A stretch of 56,014 bases of DNA from a virus (lineage: Duplodnaviria > Caudoviricetes). This document shows positions 1-8,794 of this stretch, in pieces; the first letter of the stretch is position 1; the number at the start of each line of letters is the position of its first letter. The stretch covers positions 1 through 56,014 of the IMG/VR virus record IMGVR_UViG_3300049046_000063. One strand, given 5' to 3'. The translations under genes and the position numbers were made by a program. The notes below the pieces were generated by a model, which worked only from the letters and a program-made list of their open reading frames with translations, was not told where the DNA came from and searched no databases.

Positions 1-126
1 GGCTGGCAAGTGCGCAAACACTTGTCGGCCCGCTCCGAAGTGGAGCGCATCCTAACACCGAAGAGACAGAGGGAAACCGACAAAGAGGCGTCAACACAGA
101 ATTAAGCCACTATCTCTTCGTTCCCT
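1..126. repeat. Direct terminal repeat, left copy (probable assembly overlap of a circular genome)
   Basis: 1-126 is identical to 55887-56012; the last two bases of the window (AC) differ from 127-128 (TA). Confidence 0.9.
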
Positions 127-209
127 TAGTCGACTTTTGAGCCATCCCGGAGATCTCCTTTCTCATAAGATGCCGCGCAGTGTAGCACTGGAAAGGCGCC
201 TTGAGATGA

Positions 210-416
210 CTAAATCCATTGCTTACCTGGAACCATTGATTCATCCCAACCAGTCTGAGGATCTGAAACTAATCGATAGAGATTCATTTCATCCAGTCTG
301 ACGCGCACCTCGTTTCCGCTACCTACTCCTTTGAGATAGACGAACTCACCGTCGACTCTTACTATCTTGTAGCGATAGGGAATCTCCCAGACTTGATTTG
401 GCCGTGTTTCTGGCAT
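210..416 (-). CDS. Hypothetical phage protein
   Basis: 68-aa ORF, co-oriented with neighbouring small leftward genes. Confidence 0.55.
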   Translation of the reverse strand: MPETRPNQVWEIPYRYKIVRVDGEFVYLKGVGSGNEVRVRLDEMNLYRLVSDPQTGWDESMVPGKQWI

Positions 417-439
417 CGGTTTTCTCGCTGGGTGTGTTC

Positions 440-697
440 TTAGCTGAAGTGGCCTTTGAATCGATCTTCAAACTGGCGTCGGAGCTTATCCATATCGACG
501 TTGATCCGGAGGCGCTCTGATGGTGCGCTCGTCACTTCTTGCGTGTCTGCGTCGCGCCCCTTCGCTCTCTGCGCTGCGATCTCAGCCTGATCCCATGAGT
601 GACCATTGCCGCAGATAGAAAGCTTCTTCCCGGCGCTGTAGCGATGCGTTGATTCTGGTCTACCGCAGTCTGGTTTTGGACAGTTATTCTCTTCCAC
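440..697 (-). CDS. Hypothetical protein, possible Zn-binding
   Basis: CPKPDC and CGNGH motifs; GAGGTAGGAG RBS upstream. Confidence 0.55.
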   Translation of the reverse strand: MEENNCPKPDCGRPESTHRYSAGKKLSICGNGHSWDQAEIAAQRAKGRDADTQEVTSAPSERLRINVDMDKLRRQFEDRFKGHFS

Positions 698-704
698 GAT
701 TCTC

Positions 705-890
705 CTACCTCTTCATCTCATGTGGCGGTGTACGCCAGATCGTAAACGACTTGATTAAACTCAGCGCTACTACACGCGAAGCAAACACAACGTCCTTCGA
801 TCTGTGTTCGATAAACTTATCAACGAATACTGAGCCATCCTTTAAGACGACTCTGATTCGCTTCCCTCTTGGTGCGTGAGTGTGAGGCAT
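705..890 (-). CDS. Small hypothetical protein, weakly Sm/LSm-like
   Basis: GKRIRVVLKDG motif; start placed at MPHTH. Confidence 0.4.
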   Translation of the reverse strand: MPHTHAPRGKRIRVVLKDGSVFVDKFIEHRSKDVVFASRVVALSLIKSFTIWRTPPHEMKR

Positions 891-980
891 CGTCAACATG
901 CTCTTGAGCACACAAGGACCACGGTCGCAAAAACAACCGCAAGAGCCACTGCAACCTCGGTTAAAGTTGGACCACCGGTT

Positions 981-1469
981 TCAAACTGATTCATCGAATT
1001 CGCCTGCTAAGAGTTGCCGCACTATCGCTTCAACTTCCTTGGAGTAGTCTCGCAACTCGCGCCACTCCCAGCCGCTATCCTTTCGAGCGCAGCCCGCGTG
1101 TTCCATCAACTGAGCTACCGCCTCGTCAATTTCTTGGTCTGACAGGTGACGTTGACGCTCGCGCGCAAGCCGCTCCTTCAATTGTTCGATCTCTTCGCCC
1201 AGTTCACATACAGCGCAGTCCGGCCCGTCATTGTGTCCGATGCTTTCATGCTCACAATTTGGGAAATCTTTATGGCACGGGCACGCACACACCTTTGGAG
1301 AGTCAGATCCCGTTTTGCAGTCGACCGCGCATTCTGCGGCGTCCATATATCGGCAAGGATAAAAACGCGTACAGCGCCACGGCCGCTCCTCAGTAAGCAG
1401 CCTGTCGGCCGGGATGGTGTCAGATAGCTCAGGCATGGTCCACCAATAGCTTTCGTACTTGAGGTTCAA
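981..1469 (-). CDS. Cys-rich hypothetical phage protein
   Basis: Several CxC/CxxC motifs followed by a coiled-coil; start uncertain. Confidence 0.5.
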   Translation of the reverse strand: MNLKYESYWWTMPELSDTIPADRLLTEERPWRCTRFYPCRYMDAAECAVDCKTGSDSPKVCACPCHKDFPNCEHESIGHNDGPDCAVCELGEEIEQLKERLARERQRHLSDQEIDEAVAQLMEHAGCARKDSGWEWRELRDYSKEVEAIVRQLLAGEFDESV

Positions 1470-1656
1470 GATTGTCGGGCACGTCGATCACCCAATGGCG
1501 CGGATCGGAAAAGTCAACCTTAGCGCCGTAGTCTGCTGTTGCCTTCGAGGCGGCGCAGAACAGCGCAGTTAAAAAGTCTTGGCGCTCCTGCTGCGTTGCC
1601 GCCATCTGCTTCTCGGGATCAATGTCGATCTGAATCCTCACGCTGTTTTCTCCCAC
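1429..1656 (-). CDS. Hypothetical protein
   Basis: 75-aa ORF tightly packed in the operon. Confidence 0.5.
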   Translation of the reverse strand: MGENSVRIQIDIDPEKQMAATQQERQDFLTALFCAASKATADYGAKVDFSDPRHWVIDVPDNLEPQVRKLLVDHA

Positions 1657-1662
1657 GGTGGT

Positions 1663-2031
1663 CTAACACTGGCCGCCCGGCCCGGTCGCTTTGTGCGCTT
1701 CCTTTTCGGTCTGTTCCCACGCTTTCAGATCAACCTTGTCGGTCACGTCGTACATCTGACCATCGACCCACACGAATGCGCTTTTGCACTTAACGCAGAT
1801 CGCGACCGCAACGTCTTCCACGCCCATGCGCTTGTCTGAGTTTGGCTTCATCCACGGCACCATGATTTTCATGTAGCCCGCGTGCCTAAAGTGTTGGTGT
1901 CCGTCCTTTGGGCACTTCCAAAGAAATAGATCTTCAGGCAACTTTGGCGTTACTTTCTCAACGAAGCCCTCTGCCTCGGGATGGACCAATGCGGGCTTGT
2001 CGCTCATGGATTCTCCTTTATGCTTGCTCAT
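1663..2031 (-). CDS. Hypothetical Zn-ribbon-like protein
   Basis: CPKDGH and CVKC motifs; ATGA overlap with rusA. Confidence 0.55.
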   Translation of the reverse strand: MSKHKGESMSDKPALVHPEAEGFVEKVTPKLPEDLFLWKCPKDGHQHFRHAGYMKIMVPWMKPNSDKRMGVEDVAVAICVKCKSAFVWVDGQMYDVTDKVDLKAWEQTEKEAHKATGPGGQC

Positions 2032-2552
2032 GCTGTCTTTTCCTTTCTATCATCAACTCTCGTTTCGAATAACAACACTTCACTTTCAACCATCTGTTTA
2101 ATCTCAACTTCTAACCTTGCTGGTTCGCCCCAGTGTTTGAATAAATGCTCTTCAACGATCTGTGAATCATCTGGATAGACGACGTCGATCAGGGCATCTT
2201 CGGCGGCTCGCGCCAATTTCAAAACGTCTGGCCTGGTATCCGGCGCTAACGACTCTCTCCCGGCCTTCGTTAACCCGAGTTTGCCAAGATGGTTCTTTGG
2301 ACGTGGCCGATAGAATCGGAATGTTGCGATCAATGGTCCTTCAAGTAATGGTCCACGAAACACTTCCTTTGCCGCTTTCGCTACGGTCTTTTTCCAGCCC
2401 TTGCCCTTTGGGTTGTCATCAACAGTCGAGACAACGATCCCGCCACCCTCACGTCGATAGGGTTCCTTTGTCTTTGGGTGGAGCGGCACAAAGGACTGCT
2501 TGCTGCCAGCAGTTTGCGGTGAGCCGTAGACTGTGAAGGTGATCGTGGTCAT
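2028..2552 (-). CDS. rusA: RusA-family Holliday junction resolvase
   Basis: F.V.G.P..AGSK N-terminus, RPDVLKLARAAEDAL and DDSQIVE motifs. Confidence 0.85.
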   Translation of the reverse strand: MTTITFTVYGSPQTAGSKQSFVPLHPKTKEPYRREGGGIVVSTVDDNPKGKGWKKTVAKAAKEVFRGPLLEGPLIATFRFYRPRPKNHLGKLGLTKAGRESLAPDTRPDVLKLARAAEDALIDVVYPDDSQIVEEHLFKHWGEPARLEVEIKQMVESEVLLFETRVDDRKEKTA

Positions 2553-3283
2553 CACAATTCGTTCAGGTTCAAGTGCCACGCGATCAGAAAGTTGACGCGC
2601 TTCTGTGTGTAGCCTTCTTTCTTGCCGAGTATCTGACCGATGATCAATGGATCTGCCTTGCGCTCTGCCGGGCAGATGCCAATCTGATCGAACACCTGCA
2701 AGGCCATCGCGGCGGCGGTTGCGCTCATCACTTCCGGCCGCGCCGCGCGGATCGGAAACTCGACCGCGGCAAACTGATCTGGATCGGCATAGCGCACGAG
2801 CGATTTCTTGTCGCCTTCGCCGCGCTCGAAAGTGCCGCGATCGACCTTTGGGATAGGTGAAGCATACTCACCGTAGCCGACTGGTAAGATGTCGGGCGCT
2901 TCAAGGTTCGGTGCGGGATTTCCCCATGTGGATTCAGTTCGCCCGCCCGTTGGGTAGTCCCGAAGCACGCGAATCGCGAACAGGTCAACCGGGAATTCCG
3001 GAACAATGGTATAACCAGCTTCCACGGCCGCCAGCACCTTCGCGTAAAACTCCTGTCGTGCGACTTCCTTGTTTCGCTGACGTGTTAACGCGCTCACGCT
3101 CCAGTTATTTGTCTTGGCCTCTTGAATCGACGCGTTCAGCGCGGTTATTTCCGGATCGAACGAATCGATCTTCTGTCTCAGCCATGTTGCCAGATCCGCT
3201 TGCGCGGCTTTCATCTCAACCGGATCACGCGCTACCAAGTGAATCGATGATTTCGGTTGTTGAACCACTAATGCTTCGTCCAT
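2552..3283 (-). CDS. Hypothetical phage protein with N-terminal coiled-coil
   Basis: Long ORF with GGGAGG RBS before MDEAL. Confidence 0.65.
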   Translation of the reverse strand: MDEALVVQQPKSSIHLVARDPVEMKAAQADLATWLRQKIDSFDPEITALNASIQEAKTNNWSVSALTRQRNKEVARQEFYAKVLAAVEAGYTIVPEFPVDLFAIRVLRDYPTGGRTESTWGNPAPNLEAPDILPVGYGEYASPIPKVDRGTFERGEGDKKSLVRYADPDQFAAVEFPIRAARPEVMSATAAAMALQVFDQIGICPAERKADPLIIGQILGKKEGYTQKRVNFLIAWHLNLNEL

Positions 3284-3332
3284 GTTTTCCTCCCTTTCAG
3301 CGGGCACAAAAGATCCCGCAGTCACACTATAG

Positions 3333-3806
3333 TCACCAGCGCCAAGTAGATTTCATGGCACCTGGCGAAGACCTCGAGGTATCAAAAACGTCGCTTAAGA
3401 ATTTGATTGATTTATCCGGCGGGCCAAACGGATGATCATGCCGCTCTGCTAAAGCGGCCGCTTGCGCAAGTCGGCGCCGACTGAACCGATCAGCGTCATT
3501 GCCTCTGACGTCGACTGAGTTGAATGCCCCGACAACGGCTCCGGGCTTTCTTATTTGGAGGCCAATGAACTCGACCAAGTAAGGCGCGGGATAGAACCAC
3601 TCGCCATGCAGCCTGTAGGCAAGGAACTTCTCGTGAGTAATCGCCTCGTCCATTTGATCCTCGACGGGCCAACTACCAAGCCATCGAACCGGGAACGGGC
3701 CTCCGCAATAATGCTTAATACGATCTTCGGGGTTCAGCGAGTAGCCAATTTTGACAGGATTAAAGTAGTCAGGAATCAACATCTGAACTGCATACAGGTG
3801 CGGCAT
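3333..3806 (-). CDS. T5orf172/GIY-YIG-like domain protein
   Basis: LYAV...VKIGYS.NPE.R...LHGEWF; it is the real 3' part of the 684-aa antisense ORF; GGAG RBS. Confidence 0.75.
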   Translation of the reverse strand: MPHLYAVQMLIPDYFNPVKIGYSLNPEDRIKHYCGGPFPVRWLGSWPVEDQMDEAITHEKFLAYRLHGEWFYPAPYLVEFIGLQIRKPGAVVGAFNSVDVRGNDADRFSRRRLAQAAALAERHDHPFGPPDKSIKFLSDVFDTSRSSPGAMKSTWRW

Positions 3807-3837
3807 AGAAGTCTCCGATCTCGAGAATTCCGCGTCA

Positions 3838-4102
3838 AATCTGGATGCTGAATCTGGCAGTAAGAACGTGAGACTTTCAGGAAGTGCTTGTTTTTGGCAT
3901 GAGCCGAGCAGGACTCGAACCTGCGACCCACTGGTTAAAAGCACTTGACGCGCTTTTGTGACACCGTCAGACAGCGCGTGACAGATTACCGATTCAGCCC
4001 AATTTTCCGCGGATAAAACACGCCTCATTATAGCAGCCGTTGTGACATCACGGGACATTGATATACCATCCTGATTCTCACAAATCTGGCAGTTGAATCT
4101 GG
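3838..4102. mobile_element. attP: attP region with putative arm-type and Xis-type sites
   Basis: AATCTGG pairs spaced 13 bp apart on both sides of the core (3838/3851 and 4083/4096); GACA-containing hexamers phased at 10 bp (3958/3968/3978 and 4042/4052). Confidence 0.7.
3900..3941 (-). tRNA. 3' half of tRNA-Lys(UUU), the attP core (not a full tRNA gene)
   Basis: Minus strand reads CTTTTAA (anticodon loop) CCAGTGGGTC GCAGG TTCGAGT CCTGC (T-arm) TCGGCTCA; no 5' half present. Confidence 0.85.
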
Positions 4103-4106
4103 ATGT

Positions 4107-5228
4107 ATGCCCCGAGCTCGCACTGGAAGTTTTTGGTATGACCGCAACGGCGATCTGTATGCGCGCGTAACCTGGACCGACTCTAAGGGGAAGGTGCGCG
4201 AGAAACGCAGGAAGTCGATCAGCGGCACGAAGCGCGAGGCGCGCGAGCACATAAAGGAAATTCTCGAAGAGATCGAAGAGCAGGGCGATCAGGCAATCGA
4301 CGCCGCCGGTCTCACCTTCAAACAACTGGTCGACCACTACAAAAACAACTACGCGATCGAGGCTGAATACGATCGCAAGGGAATTAAGACTGCAGGAATG
4401 CGTTCGTGGAAAGATGCGCGCCGAAAGGCTGAGGCCTTGCTTGATTACTTTGGCCCAAAGAAGCGCGTTCGAGATTTTACCTATGGCGACCTCTCGCGAT
4501 TCAAAGCCGCGCGCATTAGAACTCCAAAGCGAACCGGCGGCGCGCGTCAGATCGCCAGCGTTCATCGGGAGCTCGAAATCCTCAGACGAATGTTTCGCAT
4601 TGCTGTTCAAAGCAGATGGTTGCGGCTCAGCCCGTTCAATGAAGGAGATCCACTGATTGAGCAGGCCGAAGAGCACCAGCGCGAGCGCATCGCGACGAAG
4701 GAAGAAGAAAGCGCCTTGCTCGCAGCCTGCGACGAAGACGAACGCCGCAAGCACCTCAGGCCGTTTTTGATCCTGGCCTTCGATACCGGCTTTCGACCGA
4801 TTGAAATGAAGTCGCTCACGGTCAAAGATGTCGACTTTGAAGATAACTGTATTTGGGCCGTGTCCTACAAAGGCAAGCGCATGAAACGCCGGCCGTTCGA
4901 CATGACCGCGCGCCTGCGAACGGAAATGCAAAAACTCTGCGCGGGGAAAAGACCCGGCCAACTGGTATTTGGATTCAAGTCCGTGAAGCGATCCTTTGCG
5001 ACCGCCAAACGCGTTGCGGCAGAGAGAGGCATTGACATGAAAGGCTTTCGCCTGTACGACGCGCGCCACACGGCGACTACGCGACTGGTGCGCCGGGGAA
5101 TGAGTCTCGAAGAAACTGGAAAGCTGATGGGCCATTCTCAACCTAAAACCACCTGGCGTTACATGCACGTCGACAAGTCGCGTCGGCGCCGCGCGGCTGA
5201 ATTGCTCGAGCAGGAAGATGAAGATTAA
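4107..5228 (+). CDS. int: Tyrosine integrase
   Basis: DTGFR (R), K, YDARH (H/Y-x-x-R), LMGH and TWRY catalytic residues; adjacent to a tRNA-derived att core. Confidence 0.95.
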   Translation: MPRARTGSFWYDRNGDLYARVTWTDSKGKVREKRRKSISGTKREAREHIKEILEEIEEQGDQAIDAAGLTFKQLVDHYKNNYAIEAEYDRKGIKTAGMRSWKDARRKAEALLDYFGPKKRVRDFTYGDLSRFKAARIRTPKRTGGARQIASVHRELEILRRMFRIAVQSRWLRLSPFNEGDPLIEQAEEHQRERIATKEEESALLAACDEDERRKHLRPFLILAFDTGFRPIEMKSLTVKDVDFEDNCIWAVSYKGKRMKRRPFDMTARLRTEMQKLCAGKRPGQLVFGFKSVKRSFATAKRVAAERGIDMKGFRLYDARHTATTRLVRRGMSLEETGKLMGHSQPKTTWRYMHVDKSRRRRAAELLEQEDED

Positions 5229-5428
5229 GCCGCTTTCTTTCGGGCGTTTTTTTCGCCGCGCTTGTCGTATTCGTCTATATGCCGCTGGAGATAGAAGATC
5301 CTGCCGCTCGGCGTTTTGATGAAGTTGATGTATCGCCTCTCTCGCCAGCGTTTCGAGGTTCGGCGCGTGATGCCATACATCTCGCAAAACTGTTCGTCTG
5401 TGTATCTCTTTTCAAGTTGTTCACTCAT
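5225..5428 (-). CDS. xis: Excisionase (MerR-type HTH)
   Basis: YT..QFCEMYGITRRT.KRWR...KTPSGRIFY; convergent with int. Confidence 0.8.
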   Translation of the reverse strand: MSEQLEKRYTDEQFCEMYGITRRTSKRWRERRYINFIKTPSGRIFYLQRHIDEYDKRGEKNARKKAA

Positions 5429-5712
5429 ACTGCCCACCATTTCTGATCGTCATTCCCTGTCTGCGTAACTCTTACATGGCCTAACGTCACAAGCTCCGGC
5501 AAACGTCTCGCGAGTTGGTATCTGTCGAGCGTGCCAAGTTTCGCTAGTTCCTTCGAGCTGCGACCGGGAAACTGTTTCACCAACTCCAAGGCAATAAGTC
5601 TCTGCCCTTTCAGTGCTCCACTTCGACGCATCTGATCCTCTGCACGTTTGGAAGACAGAGGATCTGTTCGACGGGAGCGCGGGACTTCGAAGTTGAAAGA
5701 GGGTTGGATCAT
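5425..5712 (-). CDS. Winged-helix DNA-binding protein
   Basis: SRRTDP.SS..A and ELA....DRYQLARRLPEL motifs typical of a phage wHTH family. Confidence 0.7.
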   Translation of the reverse strand: MIQPSFNFEVPRSRRTDPLSSKRAEDQMRRSGALKGQRLIALELVKQFPGRSSKELAKLGTLDRYQLARRLPELVTLGHVRVTQTGNDDQKWWAV

Positions 5713-6149
5713 GCGATCAGCTTTTGATCTTCTTTGATTCGCGCTATCGGGTGCTGATGCCGGATCTCCGAGACTTGGATCAGCTTCGCGGTCATCGCGT
5801 CGCGATCAACGTCTTCGGCCTTCTTGCGCAGGCGTTTCGCCTTCTTCTTTAGCGCCGACACGCGCTCGCCATCTGGCAGCGCGGAGTTGACCACATCGTC
5901 CAGATGCGTCGCGCCGTGAACGAACTCGCCAGCGTAACCGCCGAATGAAACTTGTAATTGCATTGCTGGCTTGTCTGGCCCGGCGTATACCTTCTGTGCT
6001 TCTACCTCTATAGTTAGGCGGGCGGAATAAACCGCCCGTGGAAGCATCTCTGCCACCAGTGCAGTCAGGTCAAAGACTTCACCGCTGTCTGGGTCTTCCG
6101 GCCCGTAGTCGAGCATAACCAATACACGTTGGACTTTTCGTTTGCTCAT
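5709..6149 (-). CDS. Hypothetical protein
   Basis: 146-aa ORF with ATGA overlap. Confidence 0.6.
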   Translation of the reverse strand: MSKRKVQRVLVMLDYGPEDPDSGEVFDLTALVAEMLPRAVYSARLTIEVEAQKVYAGPDKPAMQLQVSFGGYAGEFVHGATHLDDVVNSALPDGERVSALKKKAKRLRKKAEDVDRDAMTAKLIQVSEIRHQHPIARIKEDQKLIA

Positions 6150-6599
6150 ACTGCTGCTACCGCCTCTCTGTGTTTACGCGTGCACGCCGAAGGACTTGAT
6201 TGGTTGGTGGAACGGCGTGACGACCGCAATAGTAGAAGAACGAAATGCCATTCGTATTTCCCGTATTCCACTCAACCGTCTTGCAGAATTCGGCCTGTGC
6301 GCGACAGTCGACCGATCCGCAAACGATTCTCTTTGAATCGCACTTTTTTAGCTTTCGAAGCGTTCCGTTGCCGTCGCGCTGGTTGCCACTGACGTTCAGC
6401 CCTGAAGGACGCGGCACGTAGTTGCGACACGCCCCGCATGCGCAGGCGCCAACAACTATAGGCTGCTCATTGAAGGCATGCGCCCATTTTGGACAGTGGC
6501 AGTTGTCACAACGCGATCTCCATCCCGCAGTGTTGGCGAGTGCTTCATAGAACGCACCGGGCGTGGTCTGATAACTTGCTTTGCTGTCGACGTGTACGC

Positions 6600-7712
6600 T
6601 CATACCTCTGCTGCTACCGCCCTTGCTTTCGGGTATTCGTTCCACTCACGACCGTCGAGTAATCGGCCTGCTGCTTTCTTGCCGACCGACTTGAACCGCA
6701 CCGCCACTTGTTCAGGATCAACCTCGTAATCATTGCTGCAACAGTCGGGCAATATGCGTTCGCCTTCCTGATCGTAAACAGCCGTTCCGTTGATGACCTC
6801 GTCACCGTCGCGAACAATACCGACGGGCTCAAGTTGACCCCACTGTTTGAAGAAAAACGGCACATCGGCCGCAACACATTGATCGCGGAGAGATCTGGCC
6901 CAGTCTGGATGTATCGGTCGCGCCTTTGGTCCGGATTCGCCGCCGCACACAACCCAATCAATCGAGCCTTCCATCGTCGGCACGGATTCCAGATCAATCA
7001 GCCCTAACAATGGTTCCGCACTAATCCAACGAACAGCAGCGAGCGTCTCCATTAGTAGCGGGATTCTTTCGTCTGCGGTCTTTTGATCTTCTACTGAGAC
7101 ACCAAGCCAGACATTCGGAAGCGTGAACGTTGAGGCGGGCCACCATCGCATACCCCCAATCCAGTCGAAGGTAGGCCATGCGCATCCTGGCGGCGGTGTG
7201 GTTCCCAGCGTTTCGAGGTATTCAGCGAACATCTGCCCGCGCGGTGACGGGTGCGCTTTGCGTTGTTCCTTCGGACCGCGCACTAACTGCGGCTCCCGTG
7301 GTTCGCCCTCCGTGTTGGCCCATCTCTTAAACCAGTCGAGCATCCTCGCTGGCCGTTTCGTAAGAATCTGAAACGTATGCTGTGGGCACTGTCGCATCAC
7401 GTCGAAAACGCGGAGAATCGCGCCATCAGAAAGCGACTCGTGAAACAAATCCGACATTGAGTTCACGAAGATCATTGCTGGCTTGCGCCAGCGCAGGGGA
7501 TCGTTAACGTGTTCCTCAATCAGTCGGACTTTGCCTGTCCAATGCGCCCCCGAATCGTTTCGATAGGCCAGCCCTTCGTATGGCATCCCCGGCCCTGAGA
7601 AACGAGCGGCTGCGGTTTCGGCATAGCAGTGCTCACAGCCGCGACTGACACGACTACATCCGCGAATTGGATTCCAAACCTTGTCACACCACTCGATCTT
7701 CGTATCGCCCAT
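6600..7712 (-). CDS. Phage Gp37/Gp68 (DUF5131) family protein
   Basis: TKIEW.D.VWNP.RGC..VS.GC.HCYA, IFVNSMSDLFH, WVV.GGESG, FFFKQWG. Confidence 0.92.
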   Translation of the reverse strand: MGDTKIEWCDKVWNPIRGCSRVSRGCEHCYAETAAARFSGPGMPYEGLAYRNDSGAHWTGKVRLIEEHVNDPLRWRKPAMIFVNSMSDLFHESLSDGAILRVFDVMRQCPQHTFQILTKRPARMLDWFKRWANTEGEPREPQLVRGPKEQRKAHPSPRGQMFAEYLETLGTTPPPGCAWPTFDWIGGMRWWPASTFTLPNVWLGVSVEDQKTADERIPLLMETLAAVRWISAEPLLGLIDLESVPTMEGSIDWVVCGGESGPKARPIHPDWARSLRDQCVAADVPFFFKQWGQLEPVGIVRDGDEVINGTAVYDQEGERILPDCCSNDYEVDPEQVAVRFKSVGKKAAGRLLDGREWNEYPKARAVAAEV

Positions 7713-8130
7713 ATCGCCTCACGTTCATGTTGTGGCCGGTGATGAATACTCGCGCACGACCGCTTCGGTCATACTTCGGAAAGGAATGCCCGCAGCCGCA
7801 GCCGCACGGGATTACAGGATTAGGATCGCCCTTCCTGCGCCGGTCTCGCGCGGTTGGATGGTGCAGCCTCATATGCGCCGAGCGGTTCGGGAGAGGCTCT
7901 ATATTTGACGGCGAGTTATTGTTCTTAATCTCATCCTCGTGGTGGGCTATTTCTTCTGACGTAAGGTAGCGGCCCATCTTTTCAGCGGCTACCAAACGAT
8001 GCTCGTATGCGTAGCCGCGCACGTCGGCCATCGGGTGATCTTTACCTACGCGGATGAGTACGTAACCGTCCTGTGTGACGGTTCGCCCGCCCTTCCAATT
8101 CCCGTTTGCTGGTCCTGTTGCTTTGCCCAT
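7684..8130 (-). CDS. HNH endonuclease
   Basis: YAYEHRLV...GR.L...E..HH.DE.K.NN...N plus a C-terminal CGCGCG. Confidence 0.85.
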   Translation of the reverse strand: MGKATGPANGNWKGGRTVTQDGYVLIRVGKDHPMADVRGYAYEHRLVAAEKMGRYLTSEEIAHHEDEIKNNNSPSNIEPLPNRSAHMRLHHPTARDRRRKGDPNPVIPCGCGCGHSFPKYDRSGRARVFITGHNMNVRRYGRYEDRVV

Positions 8131-8134
8131 GATT

Positions 8135-8776
8135 TTAATTCCCCGCTCTATGCGCTCGTGAACGACTGCCCTTCTGTTTGGCGTGGTCCGTGATAGAAGG
8201 AAGATCAGGCTTTGGTGCTTCAGGCGCTACGGGCTCAACTGCTTTGCCGTTCCCGGCCTTAACAACCTTTACTTCCCGCTCAGCTTTTGGTTTGCCATTC
8301 TCTTCGAATAGTGGGAGGTCTTTGGTTGCTTTCAGAACGCGTTCAATTTCATCGTTCCATGCTCCGTAGTGCGCAAGGTTCGCATTGAAGAGTCTCGCAT
8401 CGTATTCCATGATCGACGGTCTGCCGGTTTCATCGTCATAGATAAGTCGACACAGTTGAGAATCGATCAAGGCTTCGCGGATGTCGGCCTTCAGGTTCAT
8501 CCACGGCATTCGATAGACCTTCAAGACAACTACGGGCATTGGTCCATCATCATCAGTACGGGCCTCACCGGAAATCAAAAACGCTGCATCGCTGCTCAAT
8601 ACTTTAATTTCGGCGAATACCTGGTGGCCTTTGCTCTTTTTGGAAACTGACGATCCTTTATCGTCTTTCTTGTCCAGCATTAGATAGTGAATTCTTTTCG
8701 AGTAAAGATCCGGGTGATGTCGCTTGATTACTCCCTCTGCTACTTTTGCGACTTCAGAACTTATTTCGTATTGCAT
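8135..8776 (-). CDS. Putative phage metallopeptidase-like protein, HExxH degenerate
   Basis: Similar layout to 28454-29065, but EALIDSQLCR replaces ALVEHELYH. Confidence 0.6.
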   Translation of the reverse strand: MQYEISSEVAKVAEGVIKRHHPDLYSKRIHYLMLDKKDDKGSSVSKKSKGHQVFAEIKVLSSDAAFLISGEARTDDDGPMPVVVLKVYRMPWMNLKADIREALIDSQLCRLIYDDETGRPSIMEYDARLFNANLAHYGAWNDEIERVLKATKDLPLFEENGKPKAEREVKVVKAGNGKAVEPVAPEAPKPDLPSITDHAKQKGSRSRAHRAGN

Positions 8777-8794
8777 GGTCCATCCTTTCGTTTG

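Noticed and set aside
3880-3975. Complete phage-encoded tRNA-Lys
   Set aside because: No D-arm or 5' acceptor strand; similarity stops at the anticodon loop, as expected for an att core.
3333-5387. 684-aa minus-strand ORF spanning int and attP
   Set aside because: Mostly the antisense shadow of the integrase; only the last 157 aa (from ATG 3806, with its own RBS) carry a recognisable domain.
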